Positions 38,511-47,511 of a stretch of 64,000 bases of DNA are shown in pieces. Source of the stretch: Clostridia bacterium (GTDB lineage Bacteria > Bacillota > Clostridia > Oscillospirales > CAG-272); NCBI GenBank assembly GCA_017428635.1, contig JAFRQK010000046.1:4874-68873 (forward strand). The letters are read 5' to 3'. A program made the translations under genes and the position numbers. Under the pieces are notes generated by a model, which was given only the letters and a program-made list of their open reading frames with translations, was not told the DNA's origin and searched no databases. Every line of letters starts with the position of its first letter. The first letter of the stretch is position 1.

Positions 38511-39188
38511 TTATTCGCAGACGACGACCGCGGCGCCTACCGCGTCCGCCGCCCGCTCGAGTTCCGGCGGAAGCGGAGCGTCCGTGATCAGGACGTCGAC
38601 GTTTTCCACTCCGCAGAACGTATACGGGAGCGATTTGCCTATCTTAGAGCTGTCGACGAGGACGACGACGCGACGCGCCTTTTCGGCGACGATGCGCTTC
38701 AGTTCGCACTCGTTGAACGAACCGACGGTAAAGCCGTTTTCGAGCGACACGCCCGCCGGGGTCAGAAACGCGATGTCGACGTTGACGTCGTTCAGGAATC
38801 TCGTCGCCTGAAGGCCGGTAACGGTCTGATTGTCGCGCTCGAGCCTGCCGCCGACCATATTAACGACGGACGTTCCCGTCATCAGAAGATCGACCGCGAG
38901 TTTCGGGTCCGTCGTGGTGAATGAGAACCGTCCCTCGGGAACGTAAGCCGGAAGCTGACGGAGCGTCGAGCCGGAGTCGAGGAATATCGACCTGCCCGCC
39001 TCGAGGTAAGATGCCGCGCGCTGTGCAATACGCCGTTTGCCGTCTACGTTTTCTCCCTCTCTTTTCGTGATGGAGTCGACGCCCGTGCGCGGTATGAACT
39101 TGACCGAGCGCGCGCCTCCGCGGACGCGGATGACCTCGCCCGCCGCTTCGAGCGCCTCGACGTCGCGGCGCAGCGTCATCTCCGACAC
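38511..39188 (-). CDS. DeoR/GlpR-family transcriptional regulator; true start probably upstream
   Basis: The track ORF starts at a GTG inside the HTH (VSEMTLRRDVE). The in-frame upstream sequence encodes RSQRLEEIRKIFDVEPFVSLRELSLRFPD, the first half of the DeoR HTH (see findings). Confidence 0.85.
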   Translation of the reverse strand: MSEMTLRRDVEALEAAGEVIRVRGGARSVKFIPRTGVDSITKREGENVDGKRRIAQRAASYLEAGRSIFLDSGSTLRQLPAYVPEGRFSFTTTDPKLAVDLLMTGTSVVNMVGGRLERDNQTVTGLQATRFLNDVNVDIAFLTPAGVSLENGFTVGSFNECELKRIVAEKARRVVVLVDSSKIGKSLPYTFCGVENVDVLITDAPLPPELERAADAVGAAVVVCE

Positions 39189-39395
39189 GTCGGGGAATCG
39201 TAAGGAGAGTTCCCTCAGGGAAACGAACGGCTCGACGTCAAATATCTTTCTGATTTCCTCAAGTCTTTGCGATCTCGTAAGAGGACCTCCCTTCCATGTT
39301 ATGATCTGTGTTTATTTTAATGTAGATATGTGAATTTGTCAACCTTTCGTGTTAAAAAGTGTTAGAAATTTACAAAAATTAAATAAAAAAGGGGG

Positions 39396-39450
39396 TTGAC
39401 AGCCGGTTTTCGGCGTGGTATGATATAGGTGTTATAGTCCACATATAACA
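39396..39450 (+). promoter_or_regulatory. Putative promoter plus inverted-repeat operator of the GntR/ABC operon
   Basis: TTGACA-17 nt-TATGAT (39396-39424), followed by TGTTATA-7 nt-TATAACA (39430-39450). Confidence 0.5.
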
Positions 39451-39477
39451 GTTTGACCGAAAGGAGGACGAAAAAAG

Positions 39478-39867
39478 ATGTACACTATCGATCCGCTCGC
39501 CCGGAAACCGATATACGAACAGATCATCGACCAGCTTGAACTCTTCGTCGCGACGGGCGCTTTCAAGCCGGGAGACAGGATCCCCTCCGTCCGCGCAGTA
39601 TCGACTTCGTCGGGCGTTAACCCGATGACGATACTGAAAGCGTACGGCGAGCTCGACTCGCGCGGAGTCATCTGTTCGGTCCCGGGCCGCGGATATTTCG
39701 TGTCCGAGGGAGCGAAAGAGAAGATAGCCGAGGCGAAGATCAACGGACTCGGCGAACTGAGGGGACAGATAGCCGCACTGTGCCGGCTCGGCATACCCAA
39801 AAGCTCCGTTTACGCGCTCGTCGACGAGGCGTACGGAGAAATAACCGCAGGAGGTGATACTCTGTGA
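39478..39867 (+). CDS. GntR-family (YtrA-subfamily) transcriptional regulator
   Basis: 129 aa containing KPIYEQIIDQL...GDRIPSVRAVS...NPMTILKAY. Confidence 0.9.
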   Translation: MYTIDPLARKPIYEQIIDQLELFVATGAFKPGDRIPSVRAVSTSSGVNPMTILKAYGELDSRGVICSVPGRGYFVSEGAKEKIAEAKINGLGELRGQIAALCRLGIPKSSVYALVDEAYGEITAGGDTL

Positions 39868-40778
39868 TTAAGATCGAAGGAGTTACCAAGAAATTCGGTG
39901 AGGCGGTCGCGCTCGACCGTGTGACCTGCTCCGTCTCCGACGGCAGCATCCTCGGTATGATAGGTTCGAACGGAGCGGGCAAATCGACGCTGCTCCGTAT
40001 ACTCGCGGGCGTATATAAACAGGATGAAGGGACCGTGACGGTCGACGGCGAGACGCTTTGGGACAATCCGTCCGCGAAAAGCAGGATAGCGTTCGTTCCC
40101 GACGAGTCGTATTTTCTCGCGGGATCAAACCTCAGGAGGATGGAGCAGACGTACTCTTCCCTGTTCCCGCGGTTTGATAAAAAGAGATTCGCAGAGTTGA
40201 CGGCGGCGTTCGGTCTCAACCCTGCCGCTGCGATCAATACCTTCTCAAAAGGGATGAAGAGACAAGCGGCGACGATACTTGCGCTCGCGACGCGTTCCGA
40301 TTACATATTCTTTGACGAGACGTTCGACGGACTCGATCCCATCGTCAGGAACTACGTCAAAAGACTGATATGCGAGGACGTCATCGACCGCGGAGCGACC
40401 GCGATCATCACGTCACACTCCCTGCGTGAACTCGAGGATACGTGTGACCAGCTCGCGATGCTTCACCGCGGCGGTCTCGTATTCGAGAGCGACGTGCAGA
40501 ACCTGAGAACGTCGAAATTCAAAGTTCAGGTCGCGTTCCGTGAAGGACCGCCCGAGGGAGTTTTCGACGGGATCGACGTAAAGCACGAGAGCCGTCTCGG
40601 CTCCGTCTTCAACCTGATCGTGAACGGCGACAGAGACGAAACGGTCGGAAAGCTCAAAAAATTCGACCCGGTCGTCCTCGAAATCCTTCCTATGACCCTC
40701 GAGGAAGTATTCACGTACGAACTTGAAGCGCTCGGCTACTTCTGCGACGCCTCGGAAATGGAGGAGCTGATGAAATGA
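39864..40778 (+). CDS. ABC transporter ATP-binding protein
   Basis: GSNGAGKST Walker A; GTGA overlap with the GntR gene. Confidence 0.9.
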   Translation: MIKIEGVTKKFGEAVALDRVTCSVSDGSILGMIGSNGAGKSTLLRILAGVYKQDEGTVTVDGETLWDNPSAKSRIAFVPDESYFLAGSNLRRMEQTYSSLFPRFDKKRFAELTAAFGLNPAAAINTFSKGMKRQAATILALATRSDYIFFDETFDGLDPIVRNYVKRLICEDVIDRGATAIITSHSLRELEDTCDQLAMLHRGGLVFESDVQNLRTSKFKVQVAFREGPPEGVFDGIDVKHESRLGSVFNLIVNGDRDETVGKLKKFDPVVLEILPMTLEEVFTYELEALGYFCDASEMEELMK

Positions 40779-42865
40779 AAAACAAAATATTCTCATACCG
40801 CCTCTGGGTCGAAGGCCTGAGACGTCTGCGCATCCCCGGTTTCATCGCGCTCGGTTTTATCGGGATAAGCGCGATCCTCGTCCCGGCGTCTGTCTTCGTT
40901 GAATCGCGTCTTGCGTACGCGGGTTCGATACGCGACAGTTTTATAACGCCGGAAACGGCAACCCACCCGGGCCTCGTTCTTCTGACGTTCATCGTCGCGC
41001 CCGCGATGGCGCTGACGTTGTTCTCGTTCCTCAACAGACGCAGATCGTCGGATTTCTTCCACGCTCTGCCCTACTCGAGAATTTGCATTTTCACGAGTTT
41101 CTTCCTCTCGATCGCCGCGTGGATCTGCTTTATCGCCGTCTCGACGTCGGCGCTAAATCTCGCCGCGTACGCCGTGTTCGGCTTCAAGGGCGCTTTCTTG
41201 CCGATCCTGAGGGTGCTCCCTCAGGTACTGATCGGCTCGATCCTCGCGAGCGCTTCGGTGACGCTTGCGATGACGCTTACGGGGACGCTCTTCTCGAACC
41301 TGACGGTATCCGCACTGATCCTCTATTTCCCGAAGATCTGCGCGGGTCTGTTCGCGACCGGCGTCACGGAATCCGCGCGCATCGTGCCGCTTGAATACTT
41401 CCCTGTCTGGAGATTTCTCAGATACAATCTCGCAACGTCGGCGTCCGCCTTTTCGACCGATCCGGTCGACGGGAAGGAGCTGACGGTCGCGCTCGTCTAT
41501 TCGGCGGTCCTGGCGATCGTGTATTTCACTCTGTCGTGTATTCTTTTCGTGAAACGCAAGAGTGAGACCGCGGAGCGCTCCGCGCCTAACAGAGCGGTCC
41601 AGACGGTGTTCCGCATAGCGGTCACGATGGTGATCTGCATGCCCGTCTGCACGATGCTTCTGTTCAACGTTACCGACGATTCGTACGTCGTTCTGATCCC
41701 CGTTCTGTTCCTCTACTCCGTTGCGCTTACGGTGTGGGTACTGTGGGAACTCATCACGACGAAACGCTGGATCAACGTGCTGAAAAGTTTGCCTTATCTC
41801 GGTATCGTAGTCGTCCTGAACGTGGCGGTCGTCCTCGGGATGAACGCGGCGAAGAACGAGGCGCTTGATTTCACGCCCGCGCCGGAGGAGATAAAGAGCG
41901 TCACGATCCTCGCGGACAGACAAAGCGGATACTATACGACTTACGATATGGTCGAATACGCCGACAGCCTGAAGGGTGATAAAGTAATAACGAACGCAAA
42001 TTCCGTCAAGACCGTTTCCGAGGTACTTTCCAAAACTGCAAAGTCGATCAAAAGCGCCGGCGGGTATTCATACGATACGGGAATCGATTATTATAACGCG
42101 ACTCTTCGCATAGAATCGACGCGAGGTGTACGGTACAGAGAACTGTCGTTCACGTCAATGCAGTACCGGAGTCTGGCCGAAGGGATCGAAGACGGCTCGA
42201 CCGGCGAAGAGACGAAGATCCCCGAGGAGATCGTCGGAAGGGTCAACGTGCCGTCAATGCCCGAGTTCATGGGCGAAGACGCATGCTACAGGATCCTGTC
42301 GACGATGAGAGACGAACTCAAAGGGGCGGACGCGGGCGAGTGGCGCGACTATCTTCTCACCGTTGATTACGATAATACGGTGAACGTCGAGTTCAGCACG
42401 GTCGTCAACGGTTCTTATATGAATATCCGCGTTCCGCTGAACCGCAAGTTCGCCCCGAAGGCGGCGGACGAGTTCCTCTCCGCGGTCGGAAAGGCGAAGA
42501 ATATCGATCGCGACTACGCGATGAAAGAGGTCGAAAAGATCACAAAATTTCATCTCGCTTACGATCCGGAAAAATCCTACAAGTACGGTGACTACGCCTT
42601 CACGAACGACTATAACGAATACGCGGTCATCCTCGACAAAGAGAGCGGACAGTACCTCGTCGTTTACAACCCCGATTTCACGAACGAAAGCCGAAAAGAG
42701 GTCGTCGACGGTTTGACGGACGAGGCGCCTACGGGCGAGGATTCGTTCTACGTCGTAACGTTATACTTATCCGACCTCGAAACGGGAGAAACGGCGGAGA
42801 AAACGTACGTATCCGCGCTCACGCCCGAAGCAGTCGATTATATTCTGAATAACTGGCATTATTAA
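40775..42865 (+). CDS. Polytopic membrane protein with large C-terminal extracytoplasmic domain (putative permease partner)
   Basis: 696 aa. The N-terminal roughly 350 aa hold multiple hydrophobic helices and the remainder is soluble-looking. ATGA overlap with the ATPase gene. Confidence 0.6.
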   Translation: MKNKIFSYRLWVEGLRRLRIPGFIALGFIGISAILVPASVFVESRLAYAGSIRDSFITPETATHPGLVLLTFIVAPAMALTLFSFLNRRRSSDFFHALPYSRICIFTSFFLSIAAWICFIAVSTSALNLAAYAVFGFKGAFLPILRVLPQVLIGSILASASVTLAMTLTGTLFSNLTVSALILYFPKICAGLFATGVTESARIVPLEYFPVWRFLRYNLATSASAFSTDPVDGKELTVALVYSAVLAIVYFTLSCILFVKRKSETAERSAPNRAVQTVFRIAVTMVICMPVCTMLLFNVTDDSYVVLIPVLFLYSVALTVWVLWELITTKRWINVLKSLPYLGIVVVLNVAVVLGMNAAKNEALDFTPAPEEIKSVTILADRQSGYYTTYDMVEYADSLKGDKVITNANSVKTVSEVLSKTAKSIKSAGGYSYDTGIDYYNATLRIESTRGVRYRELSFTSMQYRSLAEGIEDGSTGEETKIPEEIVGRVNVPSMPEFMGEDACYRILSTMRDELKGADAGEWRDYLLTVDYDNTVNVEFSTVVNGSYMNIRVPLNRKFAPKAADEFLSAVGKAKNIDRDYAMKEVEKITKFHLAYDPEKSYKYGDYAFTNDYNEYAVILDKESGQYLVVYNPDFTNESRKEVVDGLTDEAPTGEDSFYVVTLYLSDLETGETAEKTYVSALTPEAVDYILNNWHY

Positions 42866-42866
42866 A

Positions 42867-42898
42867 TAAAAAAAGACCGGCGGCAGCCGGTCTTTTTT
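42867..42898. terminator. Bidirectional intrinsic terminator
   Basis: AAAAAAAGACCGGC-GGCA-GCCGGTCTTTTTT. Confidence 0.6.
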
Positions 42899-42901
42899 CT
42901 T

Positions 42902-44623
42902 TTACATCGCTCCGTCCGTGACGGAGTGCCAGAGGTCGGCGTAGATGCCGCCTTTTTCGAGGAGTTCCTCGTGTCGTCCGCGTTCCGCGATCCCGTCGTC
43001 GGTGACGACTATGATCTCGTCCGCGCCCTTGACCGTCGTGAGACGGTGGGCGACCACTATCGTCGTGCGTCCGCGGCTGAGTTTTTCGAGGGATTCCTGG
43101 ATCATCACTTCCGTCGTGTTGTCAAGCGCGGAAGTCGCCTCGTCAAGGATCAGGATCGGCGGGTTTTTGAGGAACGCGCGCGCTATCGCGATGCGCTGTT
43201 TCTGACCGCCGGAGAGTTTGACGCCGCGTTCTCCCGTGACGGTGTCGAATCCCTCGGGAAGCGATTCGATGAAATCGTATATGTTCGCCATTTTGGCCGC
43301 TTCGACGACCTGTTCGTAAGTCGCGTCGGGAGCGCCGTAGGCGATATTGTCGTAGATCGAGGAATTGAAGAGAAAGACGTCTTGCGCGACGATGCCTACG
43401 TTCCGCCTGAGCGACGCGCGCGTCATTGAACGGATGTCGATACCGTCGATCGTTATAGCTCCGTCCGTTATCTCGTAAAAGCGCGGGATAAGATGACAGA
43501 TCGTCGTCTTGCCGCCGCCCGTCGGTCCGACGAGAGCGAGGGTATTCCCCGCTTTGACTTTGAGCGACAGGTCGTGAAGGACCTCGTGGCCGCGGTCGCC
43601 GTAAGTGAACGATACGGAGTCAAACTCGATGTCGCCTTTGAGGTCGCCGACGTCGACGGCGTCGGGAGAATCCGCCTCGGGTTCGCAGTCCATTATCTCG
43701 CAGAAGCGCTCAAAGCCGGTGATGCCGTTCTGATACTGCTCGACGAACGAGATCAGGCGGCGGACCGGGTTCATGAAGATACTGATGAACATGATGAACG
43801 CCGTGAAGTCTGCGAGGTCGATCTTGCCGAAGATGCAAAACAGACCGCCCGCAACGTACAGGATCACCTGGAGAACGTCGCCTATGAACGTCGTTCCGCT
43901 GATGAACCGCGCCATGACCTTGTAAGCGAGGGAGCGGACCTTGACGAAACGGCGGTTTCCCTCGTCGAAACGCGTGTTCTCGTAATCTCTGTTCGTGTAC
44001 GCCTTTGATACGCGGATGCCCGCGATACTGTTTTCAAGTCCCGCGTTTACTTCGCCGATCTCGACTCTCGTTTTCTTGAAAGCGTCGCTCATTGCGAGCC
44101 GGTTTTTCGCGGCGAAGACGAGCATTATCGGAAGAGATGCGAAAACGATCAGCGCGAGCGGCCAGTAAATGATCGCCATTATCGTGAACGCGCCGGCGAG
44201 CATAATGATCGAGAGGAAGAGATCCTCCGGGCCGTGGTGCGCCAGCTCGGAAATATCGAAAAGGTCGTTGATTATCCGGCTCATTATCGTTCCGGTCTTG
44301 TTGTCGTCGAAGTACTTCAGCGGAAGCGTCTGAAGGTGAGAAAAAACGTCGTGGCGCATATCCGCCTGCATCCGCACTCCGACTATGTGACCGTAATAAG
44401 CGACGAAATAGTTGAGCGCGAGTTTCAGGCAGTAGATCCCGGCGAGGATCGCGCCGAATATCAGAAGGAGCCTTACGTTGCCGTCGGGGATGAAATCGCG
44501 GATCATCGCGCGAGTGATGAGCGGATAGAAAAGATCCGCCACAGCGAGAATGAACGCGCATATCATATCCGCAATGAAGAGTTTCATATGCGGTTTGTAG
44601 TATTTTGCGAAGCGTCTTATCAT
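42902..44623 (-). CDS. ABC exporter, fused permease/ATPase (MsbA/LmrA-like)
   Basis: 573 aa with six N-terminal TM helices, then GPTGGGKTT, LSGGQKQRIAIARA and ILILDEATSALD. Confidence 0.9.
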   Translation of the reverse strand: MIRRFAKYYKPHMKLFIADMICAFILAVADLFYPLITRAMIRDFIPDGNVRLLLIFGAILAGIYCLKLALNYFVAYYGHIVGVRMQADMRHDVFSHLQTLPLKYFDDNKTGTIMSRIINDLFDISELAHHGPEDLFLSIIMLAGAFTIMAIIYWPLALIVFASLPIMLVFAAKNRLAMSDAFKKTRVEIGEVNAGLENSIAGIRVSKAYTNRDYENTRFDEGNRRFVKVRSLAYKVMARFISGTTFIGDVLQVILYVAGGLFCIFGKIDLADFTAFIMFISIFMNPVRRLISFVEQYQNGITGFERFCEIMDCEPEADSPDAVDVGDLKGDIEFDSVSFTYGDRGHEVLHDLSLKVKAGNTLALVGPTGGGKTTICHLIPRFYEITDGAITIDGIDIRSMTRASLRRNVGIVAQDVFLFNSSIYDNIAYGAPDATYEQVVEAAKMANIYDFIESLPEGFDTVTGERGVKLSGGQKQRIAIARAFLKNPPILILDEATSALDNTTEVMIQESLEKLSRGRTTIVVAHRLTTVKGADEIIVVTDDGIAERGRHEELLEKGGIYADLWHSVTDGAM

Positions 44624-44778
44624 AGGAACACCGTCCCCCGATCAAATTCACGTTATTGTATCACACCTTACGGGAAACATCAATAATTTAAATGTAAACA
44701 ATACATATGGTATAGATCGGTTGACAAAACACAGTGTTTTGTGGTATACTTAACTACGGAAAGGCGGTAATGTGATCT

Positions 44779-45237
44779 ATGAAATGTCCGTTTTGCGCAT
44801 CCCCCGAAAGCAAAGTCGTCGACTCCCGTCCGCTTGAGGAAAACAACAGTATCAGGAGACGGCGCGAATGCCTTGAATGCCACGGCAGATTCACCACCTA
44901 CGAGATCATCGAGGAGTTCCATCCGGTCGTGGTGAAGAAAAACGGCAGCAAGGAACTGTTCGACAGAAACAAGCTGCTCACCGGCCTTATGAAAGCGTGC
45001 CAGAAACGGCCCGTCGATCCGGAGGCGATCGCCAAGGAGGTCGAAGCGGAGATCCGCAACTCGCTGAAACAGGAAGTCACTTCGTCGCAGATCGGCGACA
45101 TGGTCATGGAACGCCTGCGCGAGGCAGACGACGTCGCGTACGTCCGTTTTGCGTCGGTCCACCGCGAGTTCAAGGACATCGACAAGTTCATGGAAGAGTT
45201 GACGAAGCTCAAATCCGAAAGGGACGCCGCTAAATAA
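44779..45237 (+). CDS. nrdR: Transcriptional repressor NrdR
   Basis: [18 protein letters not shown]...[17 protein letters not shown] zinc ribbon plus ATP-cone. Confidence 0.95.
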   Translation: MKCPFCASPESKVVDSRPLEENNSIRRRRECLECHGRFTTYEIIEEFHPVVVKKNGSKELFDRNKLLTGLMKACQKRPVDPEAIAKEVEAEIRNSLKQEVTSSQIGDMVMERLREADDVAYVRFASVHREFKDIDKFMEELTKLKSERDAAK

Positions 45238-45349
45238 GAAAAACGGCGGGTTTTCAATAATAAATATTCCCCTCGCCACTTGACAAGGGGAAAACCTTTG
45301 TGGTAAAATATCATCCGTGGCTCGGGAGACCGCGCCACGGTGAATATTT

Positions 45350-45436
45350 GCGGATATGGCGGAATTGGCAGACGCGCTAGATTCAGGTTCTAGTCGGGGC
45401 AACTCGGTGAAGGTTCAAGTCCTTTTATCCGCACCA
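45350..45436 (+). tRNA. tRNA-Leu (anticodon CAG), CCA encoded
   Basis: Manual cloverleaf: acceptor GCGGATA/TATCCGC, anticodon arm CTAGA-TTCAGGT-TCTAG, long variable arm, T-loop GGTTCAAGTCC. Confidence 0.9.
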
Positions 45437-45557
45437 AACAGTACAAATCCGAACCCTAAGCCGGTTGGCGAAGGGTTCGGATTTGTTGTTTATTTCGACT
45501 ATCCGAATTTCAACTCCAAGCAAGACAAACAGAAAATGAAAAACGGAGGTCAAGAAA

Positions 45558-45854
45558 ATGAATCTGAACATTGGTAACATTGGAGTCTGGGGATTCCGGC
45601 ACTATGATTATCTCAAGCAAAACCGCCCGTCAACCGTCGGTGTGATGCGCATGAACGGAACGCTTGAAGGGTATCTCAAAGAGGTCAATCAAGAAGCAAC
45701 GGAAATGCTTGAAACGCTTATCCGGCAATATGCAAAGGCGGAAGGCGTCACGGAGGCACTTAAACGCACAGATCAACTCGGCTGGGTGCTAAAAATGAAC
45801 TCCATCCGCAACCGCGCCGAAGAGGTTATACTAAACGAAATCATATACCGGTAA
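45558..45854 (+). CDS. TnpV-like transposon protein (N-terminally short)
   Basis: 98 aa. ...YLKQNRP...GTLEGYLKEVNQEATEMLETLIRQYAKAEGVTEALKRTDQLGWVLKMNSIRNRAEEVILNEIIY matches, from memory, the C-terminal roughly 90 aa pattern of TnpV of Tn4451-type elements. Confidence 0.55.
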   Translation: MNLNIGNIGVWGFRHYDYLKQNRPSTVGVMRMNGTLEGYLKEVNQEATEMLETLIRQYAKAEGVTEALKRTDQLGWVLKMNSIRNRAEEVILNEIIYR

Positions 45855-45861
45855 AACGCAT

Positions 45862-45895
45862 GAGGCGGGGAGATCAACTCCCCGCCTCGTTTTTG
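45862..45895. terminator. Bidirectional intrinsic terminator
   Basis: GAGGCGGGGA-GATCAAC-TCCCCGCCTCGTTTTT. Confidence 0.6.
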
Positions 45896-46180
45896 CTATT
45901 CCTTAGTATCCTCTTTCTTTAATATAATATAACTGCAACTTTTTCCGTTTGCCATTCTTATTACCCGCGCTGTTGATATTTTCCTTCCATGCGCTGCATT
46001 CATTTGACGTTTCGCTACTCCGCTTCTGTAATGACTTTTTAATCTTGGGGTTGCATGTGCGGATCCCTTCGAATATTTTAGTCCTATAGAGTCCAAATAC
46101 CTAAATATTTCTTCTTTAGTCATTTTTGAAAACATTTCATCAATTGATGAAGATACATTCAACTTACTCATTAACATCAC
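45896..46180 (-). CDS. Hypothetical small basic protein, overlaps the 3' end of the upstream gene
   Basis: About 91-94 aa and AT-rich. Candidate starts are at 46177 and 46171, overlapping the stop of ORF 46164..46685. No recognisable motif. Confidence 0.5.
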   Translation of the reverse strand: MMLMSKLNVSSSIDEMFSKMTKEEIFRYLDSIGLKYSKGSAHATPRLKSHYRSGVAKRQMNAAHGRKISTARVIRMANGKSCSYIILKKEDTKE

Positions 46181-46685
46181 CTTTCTTTATCATATGTAAA
46201 TATTTTATTGGGGTGTTATTTCTTATGCAAAACTCTTTTCTTCGTTTCCGAGTATCTATAAGCGTTTTATGAGCACGCTTTGTTACTGCAAAACTTGCGG
46301 TCATCAATTCTAATTGAGGTTTTGAATCCCAAATAACCTTAGCGATAGAACACTGGTTTTGCTCAGCATCCTTATCAAGTGTTATATTTAGTTTTTTACA
46401 CAAATGGTTTTCAGCTTCACTAAGAGCTTCTTTCCCTTCATCCGTGTCAAGATCAAGAATACTCTTTTCATCAACACGTAGTATAGCCAATACTACTGCA
46501 TCTGAATCTCTCCAATTCCAAGCGTCATTAAAATTGTAATAAAAATATATACCGGGTCCAAGCCAATCGTTTTTAGAGTTTGAAAGAATAAATTTACGGC
46601 TAGACATAATTTCACTAGCAGAAGATATATTTGTTCCATGAAATCCTGAAAATAATACTTTGCCCACTGTTTTTCTCCTTAACAT
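46164..46685 (-). CDS. Hypothetical protein with possible ADP-ribosyltransferase-like (H-Y-E order) motifs
   Basis: 173 aa containing GFHGT...WLGPGIYFY...RKEFCIRNNTPIKYLHMI, which by eye resembles the PARP-type H..Y..E arrangement and is also reminiscent of DUF3990. The CDS itself is well supported (ATG, AAAGGA SD). Confidence 0.45.
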   Translation of the reverse strand: MLRRKTVGKVLFSGFHGTNISSASEIMSSRKFILSNSKNDWLGPGIYFYYNFNDAWNWRDSDAVVLAILRVDEKSILDLDTDEGKEALSEAENHLCKKLNITLDKDAEQNQCSIAKVIWDSKPQLELMTASFAVTKRAHKTLIDTRKRRKEFCIRNNTPIKYLHMIKKGDVNE

Positions 46686-46835
46686 AATCCTTTATTTATC
46701 CTTTATTTCAAAAAAACAAATGCTTTGGCGTCCTTGTCTATTCCATCAATCAGTTTTGCAGAAGATATTCTCCTTACAAATTAGAGCAAAGCAGATAGTC
46801 CAACAGTTTGATCTTCATAGTGTGCTACTAATTGT

Positions 46836-47249
46836 TTATTTCACGGCACTTGTTTTATCAGATTGTTTATTACGACTGCTTTTCCACTCTTCAAATTCGC
46901 GTTTTCCTTCTTCTGATTCAAAAAACGCGCGGATATCGGGGAGCATATCGTCCACTATAGCTTGCAGGACGTATTTCGGCACATTGCATTCAGCGCGACG
47001 CTCGCGGAATGTATATTTGAATTGTACACGCAGCCGTGCCCAGAAACCGCCGTGTTCATACTCCTGAATGTCCTTCCAGTACGGCTCCAATCGTTCGGCA
47101 ACAGCTTTTTTGAACTCCCGGTCGATCTCCGCAGCCCGACCCTCGCCGAGCATTTCCGCAACCCGCTTCCTGCCGTACTGCTTCTCCATTTCAGCCAGTT
47201 GGCGCTTCACTTCAAATATCGTGTATTTCTGTAATATCTCTTTTCCCAT
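46836..47249 (-). CDS. Hypothetical protein (mobile-element backbone gene?)
   Basis: 137 aa with higher G+C than its neighbours. It lies directly downstream of structured-repeat copy L, mirroring how the recombinase sits downstream of copy R. Confidence 0.6.
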   Translation of the reverse strand: MGKEILQKYTIFEVKRQLAEMEKQYGRKRVAEMLGEGRAAEIDREFKKAVAERLEPYWKDIQEYEHGGFWARLRVQFKYTFRERRAECNVPKYVLQAIVDDMLPDIRAFFESEEGKREFEEWKSSRNKQSDKTSAVK

Positions 47250-47261
47250 AAATGTCTCCGT

Positions 47262-47498
47262 TCCTGCGGGGTATTAGGGGTGCGGGTGTCCGGTGGACAC
47301 CTCTGCCGGAGGCAGAAGCACCGACCGAGGCGGCAGCCGAGACCTCGCTAACAAGCAGCTGACGAGGCAGGCGTTGTGTTTGCGCAAGCAAACGCGATGC
47401 TTGCCGAAGTAATGCCGGGTATTTGGCTATCCAATTACGTTGCTTGTGAAGGTGTGCCGCCGGATTTGTACGTACAAATCCAGTGCTTGCTAAAACAA
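47262..47498 (-). ncRNA. Structured repeat, copy L (candidate leader/ncRNA)
   Basis: Its reverse complement aligns with 53242-53540. Conserved blocks are separated by hairpins whose differences are compensatory. Confidence 0.5.
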
Positions 47499-47511
47499 AC
47501 ATATTATATTG

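Noticed and set aside
44700-44745. Palindrome AAAACACAGTGTTTT in the nrdR promoter as an NrdR box
   Set aside because: It is shorter than, and different from, the 16-bp NrdR-box consensus I remember. It overlaps the spacer of a TTGACA...TATACT promoter, and the evidence is insufficient.
45356-45577. 73-aa ORF starting inside tRNA-Leu(CAG)
   Set aside because: It overlaps the tRNA and its terminator hairpin. Similar ORFs at 58980..59327 and 58961..59167 overlap tRNA-Leu(TAG) and the repeats, and ORF 60282..61400 overlaps tRNA-Pro and runs out of frame over the LuxR-type gene.
47212-47502. 96-aa ORF, and the 104-aa ORF 53265..53579, which share ...EVSAA.SV.ASA.GRG.HR.PAPL.P
   Set aside because: The shared peptide simply reflects the nucleotide homology of the two structured repeats. 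The nucleotide differences fall as compensatory pairs in hairpins rather than at synonymous positions, and the ORFs differ in length and in their N-termini. A non-coding structure is more likely.
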